Assembly: GCA_010093995.1 (NCBI GenBank)
Contig: ML992501.1
Coordinates: forward strand, 1,133,337-1,153,336
Direction of reading: 5' to 3'
Origin: Elsinoe ampelina
Lineage: Eukaryota
Length of the DNA stretch: 20,000 nt
Part shown: in pieces, positions 1 to 10,999 of the stretch
How the letters are laid out: every line of letters starts with the position of its first letter
Position numbering within the stretch: position 1 is the first letter of the stretch
The notes under the pieces: generated by a model
Told to the model about the DNA's origin: nothing
The model's database searches: none
What the model saw: the letters and a program-made list of their open reading frames with translations, nothing else
Program-made: the position numbers and the translations under genes

Positions 1-590
1 AGGGTTGGCGATCCAGTTGATACGGGCATCGCGGCGGATAGCCTTGTGCTGGGGGTCAACGAGGATGACCTCGAAGTACTTGTAGGTGGAGTCCTGGTTG
101 ATCCAGTAGGAGTTGAGGACACGCAAGTTGGCGCAGCGACGACCGACGCGCTCCTCGGCGGTGGAACGGAGAGATCGCTGGGACTTGAGCTGGTTCACAC
201 CCTGGTTGGTAGGCTTGCCTTGACGGGTTGTCAGAACACATGTTCACCAGATGTAACCCTTCTCTCTTACCATAAGTGGCACCCTTGGGGGCCATTCGCT
301 TGCGACCTCCACGGCGGACTCGGACACGGTAGATGACGAAACCCTGCTTGGCCTTGTATCCAAGACGGCGGGCCTTGTCGGGGCGGGACGGGCGAGAGGC
401 GCGGTGGATGACATTGAGTTGACGGAGCTAATGATGTACTCTCAGCAAATGTTCAACGAGTAGCATCATTGACATCAAAGATGTCGCTCGGGGTGTCTCA
501 TACCTCCCAGCAGCGGACACGGAGAAGGAAGCGCAGCACATCAGACTGCTTCTTCTTCTGGAGCTCCTCGACGTACTTCAGGGCACCCAT
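1..590 (-). CDS. RPL15: 60S ribosomal protein L15 (eL15), 3' end runs off the window. Coding exons 590-504, 427-271, 218-<1
   Basis: Spliced translation [93 protein letters not shown]...[35 protein letters not shown] is typical eL15. Introns are 503-428 (GTATGA..TAG) and 270-219 (GTAAGA..CTGAC..AAG). Confidence 0.98.
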
Positions 591-650
591 CTGGACAATT
601 GTTAGCCTGTGTCTACAGAATTGGGATCTTTATCATTTCGCTAGACTGAC
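591..650 (-). other. 5'-UTR intron of RPL15 ending immediately before the ATG
   Basis: On the minus strand: donor GTCAGT at 650, branch site GCTAAC at 606-601, acceptor CAG at 593-591 directly abutting the ATG at 590. Length 60 nt. Confidence 0.8.
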
Positions 651-800
651 TTCGAATGACTTAGGGTGGTTGTCGGTATTGTTGAATTTGTCGCTGGTGT
701 CGCGAGTGCAGAAGTGAATTTCGCAGCTTGGGAATTTTGCGATGGTGTGGGTTCGTGGTGATCCGTGCGCAATTCTTCTTGGCAAGAATTATTACTATGG

Positions 801-808
801 TCACGTGA
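801..808. promoter_or_regulatory. Palindromic E-box TCACGTGA (Cbf1-type bHLH site) in the RPL15 promoter
   Basis: Perfect TCACGTGA lies ~150 bp upstream of the RPL15 5'-UTR intron. Cbf1 sites are known in ribosomal-protein promoters of several ascomycetes. Function here is not shown. Confidence 0.5.
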
Positions 809-889
809 TAGACCAGGATCCCCAAAAATTGCGCGAATGATCCTCGTTCCAATATTTATTTCGCATAGTTGTTGTGCTATGGATTCTGT

Positions 890-2467
890 CTATCTTAAAA
901 ACCGCTCAAAGCGTCCCTCGTGTGGTGGCGTCTGCATCAATGCACTGGCACGACCAGGATTATCTCTCCTGCCTGCCCATCGTCTACGTTCCTCATCCAT
1001 TTGTGGGCTTAATTCCTCCTGCACGTTCTCCTGTTGTCGCATCTGAGTCCTCGGCCCTCCGAGATTGTGCCCTGACACAGATTCGAAGGTCGGACTTCTC
1101 CGGTCATCAGCCAATGTTGGTGCAGTGACAGGTGCCGTGACCGTCGGGTACCGCGACTCACCAGGGGGGATCATAGCGGGGTGAAGGTCGCGCGAAATGG
1201 CATTCCTTCGCCTCGCCACAGCATATCTCGACCCTGGGAGACCGGTTTGTCTGGTTCGAAGCTCGGCAGGGGTCTGTGGTTGGAATGCGGCGGGCAAGCC
1301 GTCATCATAGACAGGGAGCCGTGGTGTCCTAGATGCTCGGACAGCTGCTCGCAAAGGAGTCCTCCTTGGTGTCTGTATTTGGCTCACATCTTGAACTCGG
1401 ACAGTTGGAGATTCCCGCCAATTGGACTCGACACCATGTTGGAATGGGTGAGGAGAAGGGGAGTGGGTGGATCGTCTTATTCCAGCACGTGGTGATACAG
1501 CGTCCTGTAACTCAGAATGCATCGGATAGCTGGTCATCCTGCTTGTTGCCCGTCGACGCTCAACGTTTCGAGGCCGATCTCTGTCAGAATGTGTTTGTCG
1601 TGCTTCCCCAGGAAGTATCCATGGATCCGCTCTCAATGACATTACATGATCAACCTGGTCAGTCCTATCTGAATAGAAAGTGTGGCCATGCAATAGTGGT
1701 GTCGATACCACGAGCTCAGATTGGACGAATGGTGATCGCTCGACTTGCTCAAGTCTCGAGTCAGCCATGCGGAGCTTTGTCATGAGTTCGTCAAGAGGAG
1801 ATGAGTCCAGCGGGGATAGCTTCTGGTCTTCCGACGAGCCGGAGATCAGACCGGATGCTGGAGCGTGACCTTGGATTGGCGATGGTGCGTGTATGCTCGG
1901 AGCCCGCACTCTTCCGGCTCCTCGAATGATGCAAGACTTTGATCGAACACTCGCCAGGCCGGAAGGATCGTTCTCTTTCTTGGCTTGTAATAGTGGCATT
2001 GATTGACTTGCAAGGAAGGGGGAATGATGTTCAGTATGAAGCTGCACTGGCATACTCCTGCCCACGTGGATTGCTTGCTCTCGTGAAGTGTTTGACAGAT
2101 AGTTTGATAGTGCCGAAGTATGCTGTGGAAGATTGGAGTAGTCGTCGGATCGATTCTCGTCCTCGTCCTCATAGGAATGATGCTGGATCGAGTGACCGTG
2201 GATAGCGTGCGAGGCATTTGGATGAGACTTGACCGATGGAGTAACAATTGCGTCTGTGACGCGTCGGCTCGGACCAGATCTGACAATCACCTGGCTGGGA
2301 GGAGGAGCCGAGTGTTTTGAGTTCCTTGTTGGTGGTAGACCAGTCGGCCTCCTTGGGATCAGATAGCGGTCATTGCGAGTCTGGAGGCTGGATCGCGTGC
2401 GGCGCAAGTTGTACTCTTCCATGTCCTCCTGACTTATAATGACCAATGACGGTCGACCGCGCAACAT
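890..2467 (-). CDS. Hypothetical S/P/R-rich, probably disordered protein (525 aa from the first ATG) with a Cdc26-like N-terminal peptide
   Basis: 1.6 kb uninterrupted ORF. The first in-frame ATG is at 2467 (the track start at 2587 is TTG). N-terminus MLRGRPSLVIISQEDMEEY. Motif-like islands VYDDGLPAAFQPQTP and QQENVQEE near the C-terminus. Confidence 0.75.
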   Translation of the reverse strand: MLRGRPSLVIISQEDMEEYNLRRTRSSLQTRNDRYLIPRRPTGLPPTRNSKHSAPPPSQVIVRSGPSRRVTDAIVTPSVKSHPNASHAIHGHSIQHHSYEDEDENRSDDYSNLPQHTSALSNYLSNTSREQAIHVGRSMPVQLHTEHHSPFLASQSMPLLQAKKENDPSGLASVRSKSCIIRGAGRVRAPSIHAPSPIQGHAPASGLISGSSEDQKLSPLDSSPLDELMTKLRMADSRLEQVERSPFVQSELVVSTPLLHGHTFYSDRTDQVDHVMSLRADPWILPGEARQTHSDRDRPRNVERRRATSRMTSYPMHSELQDAVSPRAGIRRSTHSPSPHPFQHGVESNWRESPTVRVQDVSQIQTPRRTPLRAAVRASRTPRLPVYDDGLPAAFQPQTPAELRTRQTGLPGSRYAVARRRNAISRDLHPAMIPPGESRYPTVTAPVTAPTLADDRRSPTFESVSGHNLGGPRTQMRQQENVQEELSPQMDEERRRWAGRRDNPGRASALMQTPPHEGRFERFLR

Positions 2468-3262
2468 CTCCGATGAGCACGATGCATGCCAGCGCCTCGG
2501 GTGATGTATGCGGCATTGTGATGACCACGACGGACTGCGGAATACACAGAAGAAATAAGGAAGGAATGTCTGGAGCGTACTTTCCAAGATCCTCTCGCGA
2601 TCTTACGGTGGTAGACGACAATGGAACTCGAGCTGCAGTCCGACTCTGCCATCGGCGCATTCAGACATGTTCATGGTATTCCTCACCCTAATAGACCAGT
2701 GGATCATTCTAATGCTTTCGGTATGGTGCAGGCTCGCTACACATTTCCGCTCTGGCACGTCAGATCGGGCTGGCAGTATCCAGGAGGTAATTTGGCAAAA
2801 TATCGCGTTGGTATCTGGCCCTCGATGAAATTTCTGGTCGAGAATTCATTAGATTGTAAAGATTGGCTGGAACTTCTTGGTGATGATGCGCGGCCCAAGA
2901 TGTGTCGTTGGCCCGTGCATGACTCGGGGACGACATCCAAGGATCCTCGATTCTACGCTTGAAGCCCCAAGTCTGCGAGATAATTCTCTTTGGAAACCCG
3001 TGTTTCTTGGATTCCTCACTCACGTCAACTGATTTTGCATTGACCCTAAGCGCATAGCTGTGGTATTCCAGACGCCGCTCACACCACCAATATACTGTCA
3101 CTTACGACGAACAGCCGGACCGAGCTACTGCCGAGCCATTTCAAGCACACGAGGCCCCCAGGTCAGACAGCATATCACAATCCTACCCTTCCCCAACGCA
3201 ATCTGCATGCAACGACATAGGTGCATGTGCGTTCAAGCTGACAGACTGTCGTCCGTGGCATC

Positions 3263-5832
3263 ATGAATGGCGACCTGAGCCTTTCAGGTTCGCTTGGTGG
3301 CCTACGCATCGCGAACCCCGACGACGATGGACCTACCTCGACCGACTCTCCTTTGAGCCCAAGCACGATAGAGAAACCAATCGACAGTGATGCTTCATCC
3401 ATCAGCCAGCACTCGACCAGCACAATACGAGACTTGCGCCAGGAGTCAACCACCAGCTCGGACTCGACGACATTGACCAGCCTCGAGGGGGGCAGTGCAC
3501 CGCAGGTCTATGATCAAGATGTTGGAAGGCAACAACATTCGTCTGCGGGCTTCTATCAATCAAATCAACACGCCCCCTCCGAATATGAGAATCTCCGGCG
3601 AATGGTTCCTGGCAACGATGCTCGACAAAGACCAGTATCTGCAGTCTACAACCACCCCAATACATCTACAAGCTCGAACGTTTCCGCGCGAGATGGCAAT
3701 CGATATGTTGGAGATCTAATGGCACAACAGCAAATTGGCATTTCGAGAAGTACTTCGCGGAGCGCGTCGCATCCCATGGGTCAAAACTATCCCTCGAGAC
3801 AACCCAGCCAAAGAGACAGATACCGACAAAGTCAACAATACCCCAATGCGCAATACGCGACATCCAATGGGGTCATCCCGCCAAGGAAAGCATCACAACG
3901 AGCACCAATGCAGCATTCCAATCCCAGTCAAGTGAATCAACTTTCGGGAGCTCCATATGCTATCGAGGGAGGACCAATTTCGAGTAGTGAAGACTGGAAA
4001 GAACGAGGAGCGGCGGTTTCGACACGTCGGGAGATCGATGCGAATGGAAATCCGGTGGAAAGGGTGGTGAAGAAAGGTGTCAACGATTTCGAGTTTGGCG
4101 AGGTTCTGGGAGAGGGTTCATACAGTACGGTTTTCAAGGCGCAAGACAGGCAAACGGGGAGGGACTATGCTATCAAGGTGTTGGATAAGAGGCATATTAT
4201 CAAAGAGAAAAAGGTAAAGTACGTGAACATTGAGAAAGATACCCTGAATCGCTTGACCGAACACCCTGGAATTGTCCGCCTGTACTATACTTTCCAGGAC
4301 GAACGATCGCTGTATTTTGTTCTGGACATTGCCGCTGGAGGGGAGCTTCTTGGAGTACTTAAAAGGACTGGAACTTTCGACGTGGACTGTACTCGGTTCT
4401 ATGCTGCTCAGATTCTGGATTCCATCGCCTACATGCACTCGAAGGGGGTGATACATCGCGATTTGAAGCCGGAGAATGTCCTTCTGGACAGCAATATGCA
4501 CACTAAGATTACAGACTTTGGGACAGCCAAGATACTCAGTGTCAAGACCGACAGTGGAGCAAGGGACGGTGCTGGTCATCCTCTGGATGGGGCGGATAGT
4601 GATCGGGCAAAGTCATTTGTCGGTACAGCAGAGTATGTGAGCCCAGAACTGCTGACAGACAAGAATGCTTGTAAGGCGAGCGACCTCTGGGCATTTGGCT
4701 GCATAGTGTTCCAGCTTCTGTCTGGTCGACCACCTTTTAAAGCCGGCAACGAGTACCAGACCTTCCAGAAGATTGTCGCGCTCGACTATCAGTTTCCAGA
4801 TGGGTTTCCTTCAGTCGCAAAAGACCTGATTCAAAGACTACTCGTCCTCGATCCCGCACGGCGATTACCGATTGATCACATCAAAACTCATGCCTTCTTC
4901 GACGGGATACAGTGGGGTAGGGGCTTGTGGCGTATGAGAGCTCCAAACCTCAAGCCGTACGTCCCGCCTCCGAAAGAACCGATCCGATTGAACGGTACGA
5001 GCACAAATGTCCCGGCCACATCTTCACGTTCGCAGGGTACAAGTCCGGCACACACAGGTGCAGCGCACATCCGACCACAGCTCCGGGCAGTGACCGAGCT
5101 TCCGCCACCGTCTCAACTCGACATTGACTGGTCACCCGTACTCACGCGACCCAATGAGAGGATCCTGAAGATGGGCAACTTGATAGTCACATCGTTGCCA
5201 TTACCTCAAAGTCCCCAGCAAGGTAGTTCTGCGGACACTCCAAAGAAATTTTCACGCTTCTTCGGAGGGGGCACCACCAAGAAGAAGCAACGGCTGGTCA
5301 TGATCACATCCACTGCTCGCATCATCGTGGTCGCGGCCGGTGGGGAAGAGAAGAAGGCAAAGATGCTACTGTCTCTCACAGAGCCCGGCGTAGTCTGTCG
5401 GGACTATGTGGATGTGCGCGGACTGACGGCATTCTGCGTCGAGACCGTAAGTTTCATATCCTTCTACTACGTACGAGCAGGCTGACAGCACCACAGAGAG
5501 ACAAACAATTTACCTTCGAAGACCCTCGAGGCAGCACCTCCGACCCCGACGGCTCCAAATACTCAACCAAAGAATGGATGGAAAAGATTGACTGGGCGAA
5601 AGAGCTCGCCGCTTCCCAATCCGTCGCCAACTCCTTCTCTGCCGATACTGATTACAGCGAGCTGGGCTCCTCAGCCCCCAGCCCCAACAGCGCCATGGGC
5701 TCCGACCTACATCTCGACCAGTCCGCCCACCGCAGCGTCCTCCGCCGCGACGGCGACAACGAAAGCCTCCGCAGCCGGAAGAACCGCTTCTCGAAACGGC
5801 ACTCCAAGAGCGGACTCGCGGCCGTGTTTTAG
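3263..5832 (+). CDS. PKH1: PDK1-family AGC Ser/Thr kinase (Pkh1/Pkh2/Ksg1 ortholog), 839 aa. Exons 3263-5446, 5497-5832
   Basis: Motifs GEGSYSTV, YAIKVLDKRHIIKEKKVKYVNIEK, HRDLKPEN, DFGTAK and activation loop RAKSFVGTAEYVSPE, plus a C-terminal PH-like region (KKKQRLVMIT...). Intron 5447-5496 (GTAAGT..GCTGAC..CAG) joins in frame to the 5578-5832 ORF. Confidence 0.96.
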
Positions 5833-6514
5833 GAACCACATCGCCGGACACGAATCCGCAAGACGAATTCATCCATTGCATCGTCACTCTCGTGACGCTC
5901 TCGCTCTTTTGAAACTTCACGACTCCCACCATTGGCTTAATACTCCTCGCCGACATGACTCACGACACGACTTGGCTTTCAGGCCGACTACTCTCGGCCG
6001 ACGACTTGCGCTCCATGAGAGCGAGACTGTACTCTACCTCGCATCTACCGTGCTTTTTTTTTTCTTTGTTGCAGGCTATGCCACATATATAATCACCTCA
6101 ATAAGCGCATGGTGTTTTTGGCGCTTTTGGAAGAAGGAAAGGCATTTGCTATCATCGCCCCGACTATAGGGGCCACCACAACCTGACGGTCTTTAATTGT
6201 GTAATTCGAAGCGGGGGAATGTAAAAGGGGAGTTGACCATAGTCAGGGGCCAGGATACGGTTGCTGGACGGATGTGACCGGTTGGCTTGCATGAAGGAAA
6301 GGACCAGGGGAAGGTTGAATATACGTAGATGGAGCATGAAGGGACAAGACACCTTGATCTGCCTCTCGTAAAGACGTGTTTGACAGTGTTGATTGAGTTT
6401 TACATTTCGATTTTGGTCCTCCCAAACCGCCTGCATTTTTCCAGCGACTTGTGCAGTCTGGGTATACCTGCCTTCCTGATGATACGCCGGCCACTTTACC
6501 TGCCACTCGCCTGG

Positions 6515-8153
6515 TTACTCCATCTTGTTTTCGTCCTTTGGCTTCTCGTCCTTCTTCTCCTTCTTCTCCTTCGCCGCGCTCTCACCATACCTCTTCCGCT
6601 TCTCACTCCAATACCGCCATCCCCTACTCACTCCCGCCGTCGCCAAGCCCTTGATGCTCTGACTCGTGCTCGGCCACGCTATCGTATTCCGCACGCACGT
6701 CTCCACTTTCTGAGCAATGTCCGACTCCATGGCGATTCTGCGCTCAAAGTCGCCTGCTTCCCGCTTGCCGATGAAGCTCTGCGCGTCTTCGTCTTTGCTT
6801 TCGTCGATGATCTTGTCGAATGCGCTTCCCGGGATGGCGAACTTCTTGCGGTATTGGTAGTAGAGCTTTTGCCGGAAGAGACGGGGAAGACGGCGGACCA
6901 TGTTCCCGCGACGTTGTGCGGACATGTCTTGTTGCATTTTGAAGCCGTCTGGGCCGCCGATGATCTCGGCGGGGTTGCGCGTGTCGGCGCTGCGGGCCAT
7001 GACGTCTTCGCGCTCCCAGCCTGCCTCGAGAGGGATGCGAGAGTCGTTGAAGGCGACGTTGGGGAGGGTGTCGATCAGGGGAACGTAGAGCTGGCGGAAG
7101 TTGGGGAGCTGGTTGCGGACGATGTTGCGGACTTTGCTGGTGTTTTCGCTACCGAAGGACATGCGAGGATCGCCGAGATAGGAGATGGATGTGATGGTCT
7201 CGTAGAGCTGGCGCTCGGTGAACTCTTCCGGAAGCATGAGCAGAGCTGTCCGTACCGCGGACATGAGGTTGATTTGGTTCGCGAGGCGGACCCGGGGATC
7301 GTCGCGGAGGATCTTGACAGGCTTCTGCAGGCGACCGGCAATGTACAGCGTGTCCCATTCGGAGAGGTCGCGACAGATTGTGTCGAGATTAACAACACCA
7401 TACTTAATCATAGTCCCGTTGACTGTGATGTAAGGGTTGAAGTAGACGCCAGCGCCCCAGCTGTCTTGGATCTTCGACACGGTGTAAGAACCTAGATACT
7501 TCAATGCAGAGTAGTGCTCGGGGTATTGTTGAAGGTTGATCGACTGCCAGTGATGGGTATATGAAACACCAAATATGAAGTCGATAATCTTAGCACCGTT
7601 CTCCTGCCATTTCTTGATCGCTTCGGGAGGATGCGGGTGTGGTGACAGCGCATCTGGGCTGGCCGGTTTGTTGGATTGGGAAAAGACACCGCTGCCATAT
7701 GCAAAGGCATAACGGATTGGCGCCTTGAACTCCCATAGTATCTGCCTCAGAGCCTCCTTGAAATCCTCATTGACTCGGATGTGTTGATTTGTACCAAAGT
7801 ACTTGTGCGGCAGTTCGGAGAAGGTCTTGATGCTCAAATCTGGATTGTCCTCCCATCCCTCTGGCATTGACTGATTGGAGATGTCGCTCGAAGTAGGAGA
7901 AGGTGTCGGCTCTGTCTTGACCGGCTTCTCGAAGGATGGGGTGAAATGTTTGGTGTCATCCTTCTTCTCGGTAGCATATGTCTGCGTTTGCAAGCGGAAG
8001 CATTGTGGCCGGTGCTGCCATGTAAGCTGACCAAGGATGAAGCTGTGGCCAGCTACGAGAGGCTTGAAGCCGCGGGTCGTCTATTCACAAGTCAATGCCA
8101 GCCATGTAGCGGCTTGTGGAAGAAGAATGTACCGAAAGTCTTCGCAAAGACAT
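6515..8153 (-). CDS. TAM41: Mitochondrial phosphatidate cytidylyltransferase Tam41/Mmp37, 528 aa. Exons 8153-8133, 8080-6515
   Basis: Motifs APIRYAFAYGSGVF, IDFIFGV, GAGVYFNPY, IKYGVV, WDTLYIAGRLQKPV, ISYLGDPRM, KVRNIV. A 52-nt intron at 8132-8081 (GTACAT..TTGAC..TAG) supplies an ATG and an Arg-rich, acid-free presequence, MSLRRLS|TTRGFKPLVAGHSF... Confidence 0.95.
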
Positions 8154-8486
8154 CCCACTTTCGCCGGGAGATGTTTTGGCCCACGCAGCGGGATTGAAAA
8201 TGATGAGCTGCGTTCAAGCAACAGACCCATCGTCGGAAGCGACCATATATCTCATATCAGGAACATAGGGACTAAAGAGTGACAAGAATTGACGATCCAA
8301 AGATGCAGCGGAGGGCACCTTCAAGGTCTCGATGGTCGTAGAAAGTCGGCAATCGGAGACGTCACAAATCGCCGAGGTTTGTCCGAGCGCGAGAGATTGG
8401 CGTGTTTTGTTTGTGCTTGTCGCGTTTCCACTCCGCAAAGCTCGACATCACTTCGTTATTCAACCACATTGGACACCACAGCAGCC

Positions 8487-10854
8487 ATGGCTGATCCCAC
8501 GACAGACATGCGCATGTACGAGAACAGACTTGCGACGTTCTCCGAGCATGATCATCCAGCAAAGAAGATTCAGACGTCGCAAGGAAGGGGTGTCGCAAAG
8601 AGCTGGCCTCACGAAACTCCAACAGCGAAAGATGTTTGTTTATTGTAGCTGCATGCTAGACTACTAGCTGACGTCGCGCAGCTAGCTTTTGCTGGTTTCT
8701 ATTTCGCTCCGACATCTAACAGTGAGGACAACGTCAAATGCTTTCACTGTGAAGTCAAGCTGGACGGCTGGGAGATCGACGACAGCCCCCTCAAGGAGCA
8801 CATAGCACACTCGGCAGAATGTGCATGGGCTATTACTACGTCGGTCGCACTTGACAACGAAGATCGTGACCCAATGTCAGAGAAGCTGCTTACCGCAAGA
8901 CTCGAGACTTTCGGTAGCTCGTGGCCGTACGAGAAGAAGCGAGGATGGAAGCCTAAGTCGAAGAAACTGGCTGAAGCAGGATGGAGCATGGATCCTTCAT
9001 TACGTGCAGAGGACGGAACTACATGTTTCTATTGCCAAATCTCGCTCGACGGATGGGAGGCGAAGGATGATCCAATGTAAGTCCCGCGACGCGCAAAAGT
9101 GTCTAGACGTTGACGTTCGCAGTGAGGAGCACCGAAAGCGACAGGATAATTGTCTCTTCTTCGATCTTCTCGACCGCTATGCATCCACCCGACCCAAGAA
9201 AGGTCGCTCTAGAAATTCGACTGCCTCAAAAGCATCCCGCCTGTCCACCCAATCCATTCAATCTACCTTCTCGGAAGCGCCATCATTTATGTCCCTCGGG
9301 GACGCCGCGCCAAGTCTGGAGCTTGAGAGCAGCATTGGGACAATCACGAGCATGACGTCCACAGCCAAAGGCAAGAAGAAAGCCCCAAGTGCGAAAAAGG
9401 GTGGTCGAACAAAGAAGAAGGCGGCAGATGAGTCTGACATGACAGGGATGGAAACGGCCATGACCACCCTGGAAGAGACACTGGCGCCGTCACAGAGTCT
9501 ATTACAAGGAACACAGGAAGACACGCAAGCCGAGGTGAAGAAGGAACCAGCAAAGAAGGCGACTCGTGGAAAGGGCAAAGGTAAGAAAGCCGCAGACAAG
9601 GTCGCAGATGAGACGGAGGATCAGAGTCAATTGCAGTCGGAGCTGATGGCAGCGGCGACAGAACCAGAGCCGAAGAAGCCGACCACAAGAGGAAAGCGTG
9701 GCAAGAAGCGGACCAGCGATGGGGAGGAGAAGCCCCAAGAAACACAAGAGGCGGTCACAGAGCCGCCAACAGAACAGGTGATGGAACCAGTCCAGGAAGT
9801 ACCGGTCAAAGCGAAGAAGGGCAAGCCAACACGGGGTAAGAAGGCAAAAGCTGCTCAAGAGGAACAAATTACAGAGGCACCGCCGACCAAAGAAGTACAG
9901 CCTATGGACATTGACGAGCAAGTGCTCGAAGTCAAGGAAGAGGCAGCGAAGCCGAAACGTGGAGGAAGGAAGCCCAAAGCCACCAAGCAGGCAAAGCAAG
10001 CGACACCGGAGCCAGAACCACATGTCGAACCTGAACCCGAGCCGGAGATACAGGTCGACGACCCTATGGAAGATGAGTCTGGAAATTATGTCGTCCATCC
10101 TGCGGAAGAAGAGTCCGAGTCCAACTACGTGGTCCATGCTGGAGAAGAAGAGTCAGACGCGAACTACGTGGTCCACGACGAGTCTTCTGCGAACTTTGTC
10201 GTTCACGATCAAACACCAGAACCAGCCGAGTTCGAGCCAACACCGACACCACAGAAAGCCCCTGCAGCAAGGAAGCCGTCTCCTGAACAGCCAACATCAA
10301 CGCACTCTTCGCCACACAGCGTCCGCAGCCAGCAGTCCTCAGACGCGGAGAACCATCCGCCTTCGTCCAGTGCTCGCACGTCAAAGCGTGTATCCGGAGC
10401 CATCAATGCCAAAGCACTGCCTCCTGCGCCTTCCCCGCCACCCCATGCCGCCGCACCAGTCTCGATCCATGCACCTCTGCTATCACCAGTCAAGACGTCT
10501 CGCGTCCCTCTTGCAGCACAAACGCCAAACCGCTCACCATCGAAGCACTCGCCCACCAAGCTTGGCTATCTGAAAGCTCGGACCCCATGGTCGGCCATCG
10601 ATATCGAGACCATCTTCCCTGCGGATGGGCAAGAGAACGAGGGCACCGGCGTGGCTAAGAAGCTCGCCGAGCTTGGAGGCCAGCTGACAAGTCCGGAGAA
10701 GAAGATGACAGTGGAGGAGTGGATCCGCTTCCAAGCGGCAAAGGGAGAAGAGAGACTCAAGGACGAGTGCGAACGACTCGTCTGGTTGTTCGAGCAAGAA
10801 GGGACAAGAGCTATGGGTGTCTTGGAAGGAGTTGAGATTAGGGGAGAGACCTAG
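8487..10854 (+). CDS. BIR1: Chromosomal passenger/IAP protein Bir1 (survivin-like), 757 aa. Exons 8487-8633, 8682-9076, 9123-10854
   Basis: Two BIR domains: RLATF...WPH...LAFAGFYF..DNVKCFHCEVKLDGWEIDDSPLKEHIAHSAEC and RLETF..WPY..LAEAGW..CFYCQISLDGWEAKDDP|IEEHRKRQDNC. These are followed by a long K/E/P-rich linker and the conserved C-terminus LTSPEKKMTVEEWI...CERLV..FE.EG.RA. Introns 8634-8681 and 9077-9122 have canonical signals and restore the frame. Confidence 0.95.
10075..10209 (+). repeat. Four degenerate tandem coding repeats (30-39 nt), ES-x(1-2)-N[YF]VVH, within BIR1
   Basis: Peptide ESGNYVVHPAEE/ESESNYVVHAGEE/ESDANYVVHD/ESSANFVVHD. The DNA core aactacgtggtcca is present twice exactly. 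Confidence 0.9.
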
Positions 10855-10999
10855 GAGGAGACTTTCCTGGCATGATGACCCGGGATGAATGATGGACTGA
10901 AAGGTTATGGGCGGATGGAACATTGTTCGACATTGGATACTGCCTGACAAACATCCTGTACCCAGCTCAGGAGAAGCGTACACAGCGCTGCGAATGCAT

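Noticed and set aside
46..336. Small + strand ORFs over RPL15 (also 469-717)
   Set aside because: Antisense to the biased-codon RPL15 exons.
430..475. Possible C/D box snoRNA in the RPL15 intron (AUGAUG...CUGA)
   Set aside because: The box C is imperfect, the span is only ~30 nt, and the CUGA is better explained as the branch site.
661..666. TTAGGG telomere/Tbf1-like hexamer (also ACCCTAA at ~3043)
   Set aside because: Single copies expected by chance. The first probably lies in the 5' UTR.
5447..5485. Apparent kinase C-terminus VSFISFYYVRAG*
   Set aside because: Read-through into the intron. The true C-terminus is in exon 2.
5850..6010. Recurrent ACGAC/CGAC motifs downstream of PKH1 and the 5588-6169 ORF
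   Set aside because: Irregular spacing typical of 3'-UTR low complexity. It is not an array and not a convincing CDS.
6329..7495. 388-aa + strand ORF
   Set aside because: Antisense shadow of TAM41 with no recognisable motifs.
8821..9122. N-terminal 100 aa of the 677-aa ORF
   Set aside because: Wrong frame or intronic. The real BIR exon is in the 8874-9080 frame.
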